A stretch of 64,000 bases of DNA from Algiphilus sp. (GCF_023145115.1 NZ_JAGLEJ010000002.1:26717-90716); one strand, 5' to 3'; positions 47,817-63,400 are shown, counted from the first letter of the stretch. Translations and numbers: made by a program. The notes: generated by a model from the letters alone, not told the origin.

Positions 47817-47968
47817 GAACCGGACTGCTTCCAGCGGGGAGAACAGCTTCCGGAGTCTGGAGAGACACGTGATGGGCTATGCGCCTATCAACCCATCTGA
47901 CGCGTGGGACAGGAATGAGTTCCACGCGCAGGCGAATTTTTTCGCGTCGTCGCGGAATGGCCGCTGAA

Positions 47969-49219
47969 TCAGGGCCTCAGCGATCCGGGCAGGGCATCTC
48001 CGAAACTGCGCTCCCGGTGCCAGTCGGGACCCAGGTTGCCGCGCAGCATGGCCCAGTAGAGCCGCGGCAGGTAGCTGCGCTTGAGCCACCAGTAGGCCTT
48101 GCGTGGGCGCCGCGGGTCGAGCGGGAAGCTGGGCATCAGGCGCCCGTCGTAGCCGAATTCCGCGAGCAGCACACGCCCCTTCGACGTGGTGAGCGGACAG
48201 GAGGCATACCCGTCGTAGTGCTCGACCGCATCGCGGTCCTCCATGGCGGAAAGCAGGTTGGCCGCCAGTACCGGGGCCTGCGCACGCACCGCCGCCGCCG
48301 TCTTGCTGTTGGGCGTATTGCTGCAGTCCCCCAGCGCGAAGACCTGCGGGTAGCGCACGTGGCGCAGGGTTTGGCGGTCGACATCGACCCAGCCACCGGC
48401 GTCGGCCAGCGCGCTCTCGCGCAGGAAGGCCGGTGCCGACTGGGGCGGTACCACGTGGAGCATGTCGAACGCGAGATCGGTCTCGCGGGTGCTCTCGCCC
48501 TCGGTGACCCGGAAGCGAGCCCGTCGTGCGTCGCCGTCCACCGCGATCAGCTCGTGCCCGAACATCGGTGCGATGCCGTAGTGGGCCACCACTTCATCGA
48601 GCGCTCGGGCATAGAAGGGCACGCCGAACATCGCCTGACCGGGCAGTGCGAAGCGGATGTCGGCCGGAACCGCATTGCGACGGAGATGGTCGGCGGCAAG
48701 GTACATGGCCTTCTGGGGTGCGCCCGCGCACTTGATGGGCATCTGCGGCTGCGTGAACAGGGCGCGTCCGCCGCTGAAGCGCTGGATGCACGCCCAGGTG
48801 TACGGCGCCATATCCACGCGGTAGTTGCTGGTCACGCCGTTGCGGCCGAGGCTCTCCTGCAGCCCGGGGATGGCGTCCCAGTCGATCCGGATGCCGGCAG
48901 CGACCACCAGCCAGCCGTATCCGACGCGGGTGCCGTCGGCGAGCGCCACCGTCCGCGCCTCGGGGTCGACGGCGACCGCGCGCTGCTGCAGCCAGCGCAC
49001 GCCCTCGGGCACCAAGTCGGCCATCGGCCGCCCGGTTGCGGCGATGTCGTAGGCACCGCCGCCGACCAGCGTCCATGCCGGTTGATAGTAGTGCGTGTCA
49101 CTGGGCTCGACGAGCGCGATGTCGAGATCGGGGCGCGCCCGCTTCAGCAGCGCGGCCACGGTCATGCCGGCGGCGCCGCCGCCGATGATGACGACGACGT
49201 GGGAGGGAGGAGTATTCAT
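47969..49219 (-). CDS. sqr: Sulfide:quinone oxidoreductase, type II (SQRDL-like)
   Basis: GGAGG SD before ATG 49219. VVVIIGGGAAGMTVAA...HYYQPAWTLVGGG...PIKCAGAPQKAMYL...MLHVVPPQSAP...AGWVDVDRQTLRH..YPQVFALGDC...SKTAAAV..Q...YDGYASCPL is collinear with the mitochondrial-type SQR sequence as I recall it. Confidence 0.9.
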   Translation of the reverse strand: MNTPPSHVVVIIGGGAAGMTVAALLKRARPDLDIALVEPSDTHYYQPAWTLVGGGAYDIAATGRPMADLVPEGVRWLQQRAVAVDPEARTVALADGTRVGYGWLVVAAGIRIDWDAIPGLQESLGRNGVTSNYRVDMAPYTWACIQRFSGGRALFTQPQMPIKCAGAPQKAMYLAADHLRRNAVPADIRFALPGQAMFGVPFYARALDEVVAHYGIAPMFGHELIAVDGDARRARFRVTEGESTRETDLAFDMLHVVPPQSAPAFLRESALADAGGWVDVDRQTLRHVRYPQVFALGDCSNTPNSKTAAAVRAQAPVLAANLLSAMEDRDAVEHYDGYASCPLTTSKGRVLLAEFGYDGRLMPSFPLDPRRPRKAYWWLKRSYLPRLYWAMLRGNLGPDWHRERSFGDALPGSLRP

Positions 49220-49315
49220 GGCGACCTCGGGGCGATGGGGGCAGACTATCATTAGTGGAATAACAATATATCAATAATGGAATATAATGCACGCATGCCC
49301 CACGGAGTCCCCGAC
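49220..49315. promoter_or_regulatory. AT-rich divergent sqr / pdo control region with 22-bp-spaced direct repeats
   Basis: ATTAGTGGAATAA (core TGGAATA at 49256..49262) and AATAATGGAATAT (core at 49278..49284) sit in an otherwise ~70% GC genome. No regulator gene is visible in the cluster. Confidence 0.35.
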
Positions 49316-50011
49316 ATGCTCTTCCGCCAGTTCTTCGATCCCGCATCCAGTACCTATACCTACCTGCTCGCTTCCGGCGTCGGCCGCGAGGGTCTGATCA
49401 TCGATCCGGTCAAGGAGCAGGCGGCGCAGTACCTCACCGCCATCGAGCAGCTCGACCTCAAGCTCGTGCGCGCCATCGACACCCACACCCACGCCGATCA
49501 CGTCACGGCGCTGGGCGACCTGCGCGATGCGACCGGCTGCGTCACGCTCATGGGCGAGTTCACCCGGGCCGAGTGCGTTTCCGATCACGTGCGCGAGAAC
49601 GATCTCATCGATGTGGATGGCGTGCGCCTGCGCGCGCTCTATACCCCCGGCCACACCAACGAGTCGTTCAGCTTCGTGCTCGACCCGGACGATCCGCGCG
49701 GCGTCTTCACCGGCGATGTCCTGCTCATCCGCGGCACCGGTCGAACCGACTTCCAGGGCGGGGATCCGCATCGCAGCTGGGATTCCATCGTCAACAAGCT
49801 GTTCCGGCTGCCCGACGATGCCCTGGTCTGGCCGGCGCACGACTACAAGGGGTGGACCGCCTCGAGCATCGGCGAGGAGCGCCAGCACAACCCGCGACTT
49901 GCGGGCAAGACGGAAGCGGAGTACATCGCCATCATGAACGGACTCGACCTCCCCGACCCGAAGATGATGGATGTAGCGATCCCTGCCAACCTCGCCTGCG
50001 GACAGGCCTGA
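49316..50011 (+). CDS. Persulfide dioxygenase (ETHE1-like MBL-fold)
   Basis: MLFRQFFDPASSTYTYLL..., IDTHTHADHV, LYTPGHTNES, GDVLLIRGTGRTDFQGGD, DYKG. GGAG SD 8 nt upstream of ATG 49316. Confidence 0.85.
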   Translation: MLFRQFFDPASSTYTYLLASGVGREGLIIDPVKEQAAQYLTAIEQLDLKLVRAIDTHTHADHVTALGDLRDATGCVTLMGEFTRAECVSDHVRENDLIDVDGVRLRALYTPGHTNESFSFVLDPDDPRGVFTGDVLLIRGTGRTDFQGGDPHRSWDSIVNKLFRLPDDALVWPAHDYKGWTASSIGEERQHNPRLAGKTEAEYIAIMNGLDLPDPKMMDVAIPANLACGQA

Positions 50012-50018
50012 TCCGCCC

Positions 50019-51767
50019 GTGCGCCTGACGCTGCTCGACGACCTGCGCGCGCTCACCCCGGCGCGCGCGGGCGACGATCTGCTGGCGGGCAGCATCACTG
50101 CGGTGCTGCTCGTGCCACAGGCGCTGGCGTATGCGCTGCTGGCGGGGCTGCCGCCGGAAATGGGGCTGTACGCGAGCATCCTGCCGCCGGTGGTGTACGC
50201 GCTGCTCGGCAGCAGCCGGACCCTGGCGGTCGGTCCGGTGGCAGTGGCGGCGGCCATGGTTGCTGCGGCGCTGCATGGCTGGGCCGGTGACGATGCCGCG
50301 CGCTACGTGGCGGGTGCGGTCCTGCTCGCGGCGCTCAGCGGCGGGGTGTTGCTGGCGATGGCGGCACTGCGCCTGGGCTGGCTGACGCATTTCGTCAGTC
50401 ACCCGGTGCTTTCCGGCTTCGTCACCGGTGCGGCGATCTTCATCATCGGCACCCAGCTCGCCGGGCTTTCCGGAATCGACACACCCGACGGGCTGCACTT
50501 CGCCGCCGAACTCCGTCAACTCGCGGCCGGTATGGATCAGGGCCATGCTCCGACACTGCTCTACGGCGTCGGCAGCCTGGTACTGCTGATCCTGGCGCGC
50601 CGTCCACTCGTGGCCGCCCTGACCGGCATGGGCATGCCGGAGGCGCGCGCCGGCATGGTCGCCCGTCTGGCGCCCCTGGCGATCGTCATCGGCGCCACGG
50701 CGATCTCCGCATTCACCGGCGCGGACGAGGCCGGCGTCCGGACGGTCGGCCGGATAGCCGGCGATCTGCCGGGGTTCTCGATCACCGGCTGGTGGCTGCC
50801 CGGCTGGTGGCAACTGCTGCCGTCGGCCGTTCTGATCGCGCTGGTGGGCTATGTCGAGAGCGTATCGGTTGCGCGCACGCTGGCCCTGCGCCGGCGCGAG
50901 GCCGTGGACGCCGACCGCGAGCTGGTCGGTCTGGGCGGCGCCAACATCGCCGCGGCGTTCTCCGGCGCGATGCCGGCGGCGGGCGGCTTCTCGCGCTCGA
51001 TGGTGAACTTCGACGCCGGCGCGCGCAGCCAGCTTGCCGCCCTCGTGACCGCCGGCTGGGTACTGCTCATCACGCTGTTCTTCGGCGGCGCGCTGGCGCC
51101 GCTGCCCTACGCGGTGCTGTCGGCCATCATCGTGGTGGCGGTATGGCAGCTCATCGATCTCGGGTCCGTGGTGCGCACCTGGCGCTTCGACCGCGGCGAC
51201 GGCGCCGCCCAGGCGATCACCATCGCGGGTGTGCTGGCGCTGGGCATCGAGGCCGGGCTGGTGCTGGGCGTGGCCTGTGCGCTGGCGGTTTTCCTGTACC
51301 GCACCAGCCGGCCCCACATCGCGGTCATCGGCCGGGTTCCGGACACCGAGCACTTCCGCAACATCCATCGCCACGTGGTCGAGACCTGGCCGCATCTGCT
51401 GATCGTGCGCGTCGACGAGTCGCTCTACTTCGCCAGCAGCCCCCGCGTGCACGACACGCTGCAGGCGCTGGTGTCGCATCATGATCACGCGTTGCGCGAT
51501 GTCGTGCTGGTGCTCTCGGGTGTCAACGCGGTCGATGCCAGCGGCGTCGAGATGCTGGAGCATCTCAACGACGAGCTCGCGAGGCTGGGCATTCACCTGC
51601 ATCTCGCGGAAGTGAAGGGGCCGGTACAGGATCAGCTCAACCGCAGCGCGCTCCCCGCCATGCTCGGTTCCGGGCGCGTGCACCTTTCCGCGCAGGCTGC
51701 CGTGGAGGCGCTGGCGCCCGGAACGGGCCCGGGCGATCCGGGGGCGAATGCGGGGATGGACGGCTGA
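50019..51767 (+). CDS. SulP family anion transporter with C-terminal STAS domain
   Basis: DLLAGSITAVLLVPQALAYALLAGLPPEMGLYASILPPVVYALLGSSRTLAVGPVAV is the SulP signature. C-terminal LLIVRVDESLYFASS...VLVLSGVNAVDASGVEML is STAS. GTG start. Confidence 0.9.
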   Translation: MRLTLLDDLRALTPARAGDDLLAGSITAVLLVPQALAYALLAGLPPEMGLYASILPPVVYALLGSSRTLAVGPVAVAAAMVAAALHGWAGDDAARYVAGAVLLAALSGGVLLAMAALRLGWLTHFVSHPVLSGFVTGAAIFIIGTQLAGLSGIDTPDGLHFAAELRQLAAGMDQGHAPTLLYGVGSLVLLILARRPLVAALTGMGMPEARAGMVARLAPLAIVIGATAISAFTGADEAGVRTVGRIAGDLPGFSITGWWLPGWWQLLPSAVLIALVGYVESVSVARTLALRRREAVDADRELVGLGGANIAAAFSGAMPAAGGFSRSMVNFDAGARSQLAALVTAGWVLLITLFFGGALAPLPYAVLSAIIVVAVWQLIDLGSVVRTWRFDRGDGAAQAITIAGVLALGIEAGLVLGVACALAVFLYRTSRPHIAVIGRVPDTEHFRNIHRHVVETWPHLLIVRVDESLYFASSPRVHDTLQALVSHHDHALRDVVLVLSGVNAVDASGVEMLEHLNDELARLGIHLHLAEVKGPVQDQLNRSALPAMLGSGRVHLSAQAAVEALAPGTGPGDPGANAGMDG

Positions 51768-52039
51768 GGGAAACCCGGTCCGCAAGATCGGGAAGCGGTG
51801 ACACTGCGGGTGTCGGGCGGGGTCAGCGTATTCGTTTCAGCCGGATGGACCGGTCGCCCGTCCGTGTTCCGGCGTTGTCTCCGCGTGCTTGCATCGAGAC
51901 GCCGCCCCGATATTGATATACTGTCACCGCATTGTGCGGTTGTATTGTCAGGGCGCCCGCGTGGCGCGATGGGACCTACGGAAGTACGGCCCTCGGTCGA
52001 TCGCCCGTACCGCGGGCGTGCCGGTACACTGCGCGCGCC

Positions 52040-53887
<1,848 letters not shown>

Positions 53888-53919
53888 CGCGCCGAGAGCT
53901 GGCGTCAAAAGCGGGTTAG

Positions 53920-54021
53920 CCACAGATTACATAGATTTTCGGGATTTTTTTGCTGGTGGCGCTGGCTTCGCCAGCGCACACCAGAACCGAAAATAATCGG
54001 TGCAATCTGTGAAATCTGTGG
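53920..54021. repeat. 102-bp AT-rich palindromic element (18-bp imperfect terminal inverted repeats flanking a GC hairpin)
   Basis: Left arm ccacagattacatagatt (53920..53937). The right arm aatctgtgaaatctgtgg (54004..54021) is its reverse complement at 16/18 positions. Each arm is itself a tandem of CACAGATT-like 8-9-mers. The centre is CTGGTG-GCGCTGGC-TTC-GCCAGCGC-A-CACCAG (53953..53984). Confidence 0.55.
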
Positions 54022-54052
54022 TTCCAGTCTCTTTCCCACATCCAGACCTCCC

Positions 54053-55885
54053 ATGCTTCAGGCCCAGCAACTCGAGTTATTCTTCGGCACCACCGCGATC
54101 CTCGACGGCGTCGACCTCGCCATCGAGCGGGGCGAGCGCGTCTGCCTGGTCGGCCGCAACGGCACCGGCAAGTCGACCCTCCTGAAGGTGCTCGCCGGCG
54201 AAGTGGCGGTCGACAGCGGCGAGATCCGGCATCAGGGCAGCCTGCGCGTGGCCCGGCTGGAGCAGAGTCTGCCCGCTCGCGAGCCCAAGCCGGTCTACAC
54301 GGTGGTGGCCGAGGGGCTGGGCGAGGCCGGCCGCGCCGTGGCCGAGTATCACCGCCTGATCAGCGAGGAGCCGGACGATCTCGATGCCCTGGCCCGGGCC
54401 CAGGCCGCCGTGGAGGCGGCCGACGGCTGGACCCTCGACAACCGCGTGGCAACGGTGCTGTCGCGCATGGACCTCGACGGCGATGCGCGCTGCGACCGGC
54501 TCTCGGGCGGACAGCGCCGGCGGGTGGCGCTGGCGCGCGCGCTGGTCACCGAGCCGGACCTGCTGCTGCTCGACGAGCCCACCAATCATCTCGACATCGA
54601 CGCCATCCGCTGGATGGAGGACTTCCTCCTCGAATGGCCCGGGACGCTGATCTTCATCACCCACGACCGAGCCTTCCTGCGACGGCTGGCCACGCGCATC
54701 GTCGAGCTGGACCGTGGCCACCTGACCAGCTGGCCAGGAGACTACGACACCTATCTCGCCCGCAAGGCCGAGGCGCTGGCCGCCGAGGAAGCCGAGCGCG
54801 CGCGCTTCGACAAGAAGCTTGCCGAGGAGGAGGTCTGGATCCGCAAGGGCATCCAGGCGCGGCGCACCCGCAACGAGGGCCGGGTGCGCGCGCTGCAGGC
54901 GATGCGCGCAGAGGCGGCGCAGCGCCGCGAGCGTCAGGGTGGGGCGCGGATCAGCGTCTCGGAGGCCGAGCGTTCCGGCAAGCTGGTGGTGGAGGCCGAG
55001 AACGTCGCCTTCGCCTGGGAGAAGCAGTCGGTGGTGCGCGACTTCACCGCGACCATCCTGCGCGGCGAGAAGATCGGTCTCATCGGCCCCAACGGCGTCG
55101 GCAAGACCACGCTGCTCCGGTTGCTGCTGGGACAGATCGAGCCGCAGTCGGGCCGCATCCGTCTCGGCACGAAGCTGGAGACCGCCTATTTCGATCAGTT
55201 GCGCGCCGGTCTGGATCCGGAGCGCTCGGTCGCGGACAACATCGGCGAGGGGCGTGACTTCGTCGAGCTGGCCGGGGGGCGCAAGCACGTCATCGGCTAT
55301 CTGCAGGATTTCCTGTTCACTCCCGATCGCGCGCGCAGTCCCGTCAAGTCGCTCTCCGGCGGCGAGACCAGCCGCGTGCTGCTCGCTCAGCTCTTCGCCA
55401 GACCCTCCAACATGCTGGTGCTGGACGAGCCCACCAACGATCTCGATGTCGAGACGCTGGACCTGCTCGAGGAACGGCTCATCGAGTACCAGGGCACCGT
55501 GCTGGTGGTCAGCCACGATCGTGCCTTCATCGACAACGTTGCCACGCGCAGCTTCGTCTTCACGGGAGGTGGCCGCGTCGAGGACGTGGTCGGTGGTTAC
55601 AGCGACTGGCAGCGCCAGTGCGCGCGCACCGCGCCGGCATCGGCCCGGGCGTCGAAGAAGGCGGCATCGGCGCCGCGCAAGCCCGAACAGGATCGCGAAG
55701 TCCGCAGGCTGACGCGGCGGATCGAAGCACTCGAGGCCGAACAGGCCGAACTCGGACTGCTGCTGGCCGACGGCGCCCTCTACCGCGACGATCCCGAGCG
55801 CGCGGCGACCACGCAGCAGCGGCTCGGCGCCATCGCGGAGGAGCTGGAAGCGGCCTACGCGCGCTGGGAAGCGCTCGAAGGGTAG
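54053..55885 (+). CDS. uup: ABC-F family ATPase Uup-like
   Basis: GRNGTGKST / LSGGQRRRVALARAL / LLLLDEPTNHLD, then GPNGVGKTT / LSGGETSRVLLAQ / LVLDEPTNDLD. C-terminal coiled coil ...RRIEALEAEQAEL. Confidence 0.85.
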   Translation: MLQAQQLELFFGTTAILDGVDLAIERGERVCLVGRNGTGKSTLLKVLAGEVAVDSGEIRHQGSLRVARLEQSLPAREPKPVYTVVAEGLGEAGRAVAEYHRLISEEPDDLDALARAQAAVEAADGWTLDNRVATVLSRMDLDGDARCDRLSGGQRRRVALARALVTEPDLLLLDEPTNHLDIDAIRWMEDFLLEWPGTLIFITHDRAFLRRLATRIVELDRGHLTSWPGDYDTYLARKAEALAAEEAERARFDKKLAEEEVWIRKGIQARRTRNEGRVRALQAMRAEAAQRRERQGGARISVSEAERSGKLVVEAENVAFAWEKQSVVRDFTATILRGEKIGLIGPNGVGKTTLLRLLLGQIEPQSGRIRLGTKLETAYFDQLRAGLDPERSVADNIGEGRDFVELAGGRKHVIGYLQDFLFTPDRARSPVKSLSGGETSRVLLAQLFARPSNMLVLDEPTNDLDVETLDLLEERLIEYQGTVLVVSHDRAFIDNVATRSFVFTGGGRVEDVVGGYSDWQRQCARTAPASARASKKAASAPRKPEQDREVRRLTRRIEALEAEQAELGLLLADGALYRDDPERAATTQQRLGAIAEELEAAYARWEALEG

Positions 55886-55980
55886 CGGCGCGCCATCGCA
55901 ACGCCCCGATGAGCGCCCGCGACGGCGGGCAGGGGGCAGCGGTGTCGATGGCGGATGCGCGCCGGGACCGGGACCCCGGA

Positions 55981-56019
55981 GCCGACCCGCTTCCCCGAAG
56001 GACGGGGAAGCGGGTCGGC
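55981..56019. terminator. Perfect 17-bp GC-rich hairpin between convergent genes (probable bidirectional terminator)
   Basis: GCCGACCCGCTTCCCCG-AAGGA-CGGGGAAGCGGGTCGGC. No clear U-tract on either side. Confidence 0.55.
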
Positions 56020-56027
56020 CATCATCG

Positions 56028-57629
<1,602 letters not shown>

Positions 57630-57887
57630 CGTTCTCTCCTCGTTGTTCCGTCAGCCGGCCACCATCGGCGAATCGAGCCGGCTGGACTCAAGCTCCCATG
57701 GATCCCTCGCGGCCCCGTCTCCCCCGGGCCGCCGCGGCCACCATATCGCACCTGAACGGCCCGTTACCAAGTTGGTGGCTCTACACCGCTTCGGCGGCGG
57801 TCGTACCGCACGCTGGGCGTGGCGCGCGCGGGCGCGTATAGTGCGCGGCCCTCCATCCCGCTGGCGCGCCGCGCGCCGGGGCTCCGC

Positions 57888-59240
<1,353 letters not shown>

Positions 59241-59317
59241 CCCGCTGGGGCGGCGGGCGGGAGCCGTGTTGTAAAATCACGGAATTCCGTTTCCCGCTGC
59301 CGACCATCTCCGCCGCC

Positions 59318-59650
59318 ATGCCGCAGCAGCATCTCTACCGCGTCAGCTTCGTTCAGCAGGGCAAGCTCTACGAGATCTACGCGCGCGAGGTTTCGCACTC
59401 GGCGATGATGGGCTTCGTCGAGGTCGGCAAGCTGGTCTTCGGCGAGAAGACCCAGGTCGTGATCGATCCCAGCGAGGAGAAGCTCCAGGCCGAGTTCGAG
59501 GGCGTCGAGCGCTTCTTCGTCCCGGTTCACCAGGTGGTGCGCATCGATCAGGTGCAGCATCGCGGCAAGGCACGGATCTCGGACGCCCAGGGCGAGAGCG
59601 GCAAGGTCACGACCCTGCCCATGTTCGGCCCGCACGGCTCGGGCAACTGA
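59318..59650 (+). CDS. DUF1820-like small conserved protein
   Basis: 110 aa. MPQQHLYRVSFVQQGKLYEIYAREVSHSAMMGFVEVGKLVFGEKTQVVIDPSEEKL matches my memory of the DUF1820 family found near rhlE/purL in gammaproteobacteria. It is the in-frame tail of track ORF 58619..59650. Confidence 0.6.
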   Translation: MPQQHLYRVSFVQQGKLYEIYAREVSHSAMMGFVEVGKLVFGEKTQVVIDPSEEKLQAEFEGVERFFVPVHQVVRIDQVQHRGKARISDAQGESGKVTTLPMFGPHGSGN

Positions 59651-59657
59651 GCCACCG

Positions 59658-60434
59658 GTGGCCGGTCTGCGCTTCGCGATCCTGGGTAGCGGCAGCCGTG
59701 GCAATGCCACGCTCATCGACGACGGCCGCACCCGCATCCTCATCGACTGCGGCTTCAATCTCGGCGAGACCGAGAGACGTCTCGAGCGTCTCGGCGTGGC
59801 GCCCGGGAGCCTCTCCGCCATCGTCGTGACCCACGAGCACGGTGATCACGTCCGCGGCGCCGGCATGCTCGCGCGCCGCCACGGCATCCCGGTATGGATG
59901 ACGCCCGGCACGCGCGCTGCGCTTCCGGCGCGCATTGCCGCCACCATGCCCGAGCCGGAACGCTACGACCCGCACACTCCCTTCGCCATCGACGGGCTGT
60001 CGCTGCATCCGTTGCCGGTGCCGCACGACGCCCGCGAGCCCAGCCAGTTCGTGGTCACCGACGGCGCCCACCGGCTCGGCGTGCTGTCCGACGCCGGGCA
60101 CATCACGCAGCACATGGTCGCCTGTCTGAGCGGGCTGGACGCGCTCCTGCTGGAGGCCAACCACGATCCCGACATGCTCGCGGAAGGGCCCTATCCGGCG
60201 GCGCTGAAGCTGCGCGTCGGCGGCAGCCTGGGGCACCTGTCGAACCATCAGTCGGCACAGCTGCTCGGCGCCGTCGACACCAGCCGGCTGCGGCACGTCG
60301 TGCTCACGCATCTCTCCGAGCAGAACAACACGCCCGAGCGCGCCCGCGGCGTCGCTGCCGAGGCGCTCGGCTGCACGCCCGACTGGCTGGGCGTCGCGTA
60401 TCAGGACGACGGTCTCGCCTGGCGGGCCGTATAG
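59658..60434 (+). CDS. MBL-fold metallo-hydrolase
   Basis: RFAILGSGSRGNATLI...ILIDCG...IVVTHEHGDHVRGAG (HxHxDH)...GHLSN. Confidence 0.8.
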   Translation: MAGLRFAILGSGSRGNATLIDDGRTRILIDCGFNLGETERRLERLGVAPGSLSAIVVTHEHGDHVRGAGMLARRHGIPVWMTPGTRAALPARIAATMPEPERYDPHTPFAIDGLSLHPLPVPHDAREPSQFVVTDGAHRLGVLSDAGHITQHMVACLSGLDALLLEANHDPDMLAEGPYPAALKLRVGGSLGHLSNHQSAQLLGAVDTSRLRHVVLTHLSEQNNTPERARGVAAEALGCTPDWLGVAYQDDGLAWRAV

Positions 60435-60462
60435 AACCCCAGGGACCGCATCAGGACACCCC

Positions 60463-63400
60463 ATGCCCCGCATCTATCTCGGCCCACCGGCGCTCTCCGA
60501 CTTCCGGCGCGATGCGCTTGCGCGCACGCTCGCGGAGCACGGCGCCGCCTCCGAGGCGCTCGCCGTCCGCGAGCTCTTCCTGGTCGACGGTGCCGAGGGC
60601 GACGACGGCGCGCTGCGCGCGCTGCTCGGCGGACCGGAGCCGGTCGAGCCGTCGGCGCTGCCGCGTAGCGCCGGCACGCGCTACGCCACGCCGCGGGTCG
60701 GCACGCTGTCGCCGTGGAGCAGCAAGGCCACCGATATCGCCCGGGTATGCGGCGTCGCGGCCCGGCGCATCGAGCGCGGCCGCCTGATCACCGGACTGGG
60801 CGCGTCGCTGACCGACGCAGCGGCCGGCGCGCTCCATGATCCGATGACCGAGAGCCTGCTCGACGACCCCGCCGCGCTCGACGGCCTGTTCGTCGCACCG
60901 GCGGCGCGGCCGCTGGTGCGCGTGCCGCTGGCCGCCGAGGGGCGCGCGGCGCTGGCGCGCGCCAACGACGAGTGGGGTCTGGCGCTGTCCGACGAGGAGA
61001 TCGACTACCTCGCCGCGCACTACGCCGGCGCCGGTCGCGACCCCAGCGATGCCGAGCTGATGATGTTCGCGCAGATCAACTCCGAGCACTGCCGGCACAA
61101 GATCTTCAACGCCCGCTTCACCGTGGATGGCGCGGAGCAGCCGCACAGCCTGTTCGAGATGATCCGCATGACGCACGCCGCCACGCCCGGCGGCGTGCTG
61201 TCGGCGTACAAGGACAACGCCGCGGTGGTGGCCGGCGCGCACGCCATGCGCTACCTGCGCGATGCCGACGGGCGCTGGCAGGGCGTGGACGAGCCGGTGC
61301 ACCTGCTCATGAAGGTGGAGACGCACAACCACCCGACCGGCATCTCGCCCGACCCCGGCGCGGCCACCGGCGCCGGCGGCGAGATCCGCGACGAGGCCGC
61401 CACCGGGCGCGGCGCGCGGCCCAAGGCCGGCCTTTGCGGCTTCTCGGTCTCGAATCTCCGCATGCCCGATGCCGCCCGGCCGTGGGAACAGCCCGACAGC
61501 GCGCCGGCCAACATGGCGAGCCCGCTCCGGATCATGCTGGAAGCGCCCATCGGCGCTGCCCGCTACAACAACGAATTCGGCCGGCCGAATCTCGCGGGCT
61601 ACTTCCGCAGCTTCGAGCAGGTCACCGCCGACGGGCGCCGGCGCGGCTATCACAAGCCGATCATGATCGCGGGGGGCTACGGCAACATCCGCGAGGCGCA
61701 CGTGCAGAAGGACGCCGTGCCGGTGGACGCGGCGCTGGTCGTGCTGGGCGGCCCGGCCATGCTCATCGGCCTGGGCGGCGGTGCGGCGTCGAGCCGCGCC
61801 ACCGGCGCCGGCGACATCGCGCTGGACTTCGCCTCGGTGCAGCGCGCCAACCCCGAGCTGCAGCGTCGCTGCCAGGAAGTCGTCGACGCCTGCTGGGCGG
61901 CCGGCGACGACAACCCCATCGTCTCCATCCACGATGTCGGCGCAGGCGGCCTGTCCAATGCGCTGCCCGAGCTCATCGACGCCGACGGGCGCGGCGGTGA
62001 TTTCCGGCTGGCCGATGTCGACTGCGCCGATCCGTCGCTGTCGCCGATGGAGATCTGGTGCAACGAGTCGCAGGAGCGCTACGTGCTGGCCGTGGCGCAG
62101 GCCGATGTCGCGCGGCTTCGCGCCTTCTGCGAGCGCGAGCGCTGCCCGATGGCGGTGGTCGGCACGGCGACGGCCGAGCCGCAGCTGCGCGTGGTCGACG
62201 CCGGTGGCGAGGCCGCCATCGACATGCCCATGCCGGTGCTGCTGGGCAGGACGCCGCGCATGCACCGCGAGACGCGTCGGGCCGCACCGCCGGCGGACGG
62301 CTTCTCCACGGAAGCCATCGATTTCGCCGAGGCTGCCGCGCGCGTCCTGCGCCATCCCACGGTCGCGGCCAAGGATTTCCTCATCACCATCGGCGATCGC
62401 ACGGTCGGCGGCCTGACCGTGCGCGACCAGATGGTGGGCCCCTGGCAGGTGCCGGTGGCGGACAACGCCATCACCGCCACCGGCTTCACCGCCGCCACCG
62501 GCGAGGCCATGGCGATGGGCGAGCGCGCGCCGCTGGCCATCCTCGATGCGGCGGCCTCCGCGCGCATGGCGGTGGGCGAGGCACTCACCAATCTGGTGTC
62601 GGCGGCGCCCGCGCGCATCACCGACGTGCGCCTGTCCGCCAACTGGATGGCGGCCTGCGGCAACGATGACGAGGATGCGCGCCTGTTCGATGCCGTGCGC
62701 GCCGTGGGCGCCGAGCTGTGCCCGCAGCTCGGCCTCGCCATCCCGGTGGGCAAGGATTCGCTTTCCATGAAGAGCCAGTGGCGCGACGGCGACGGCGACT
62801 ACCGCCAGACCGCGCCGATGTCGCTCATCGTCAGCGCCTTCGCGCCGGTTCCGGATGTGCGCGTCCACGTCACGCCGCAGATGCAGCGGGTGGCCGATAC
62901 CCGGCTGGTGCTGATCGAGCCCGGTGCGGCCGGCCCGCGGCTGGGGGGCTCCATCCTCGCGCAGGTCCACGGCGCCATCGGCGGGGCGGTGCCGGATGTC
63001 GATGCGCCGGACGCGCTGCGCGCCGCCTTCGAGGGCCTCTCGGCGCTGATCCGCGAAGGACGCGTGCTGGCCTGTCACGACCGTTCGGATGGCGGTCTCT
63101 TCGCCACCCTGGCCGAGATGGCCTTCGCGAGCCGCCTCGGCATCGATGTGACGCTCGACGGCCTGGGGCGCGACCCGATCGCCGCGGCCTTCCACGAAGG
63201 GCTCGGATGGGTGGTCCAGGTCGCCGCCGGCGATGTCGCGATGCTGCGCGAGCGGCTGGCCGGTTGCCGCGTTACCGAGCTGGGCGCGCCCGATGCCGGC
63301 GAGCGTCTGACGCTCCGGCACGACGGCGCTGCGGTCTTCGACGACAGCATCGCCGCGCTCGAAGCGCTGTGGGCCGAGACCAGCCATCACATGACGCGGC

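Noticed and set aside
44185-47967. 1260-aa ORF on the + strand
   Set aside because: It is antisense to the crbS-like hybrid kinase, whose H-box, N/G boxes, PAS and receiver motifs are all intact. Its product has no motifs and a biased R/A/G/Q composition.
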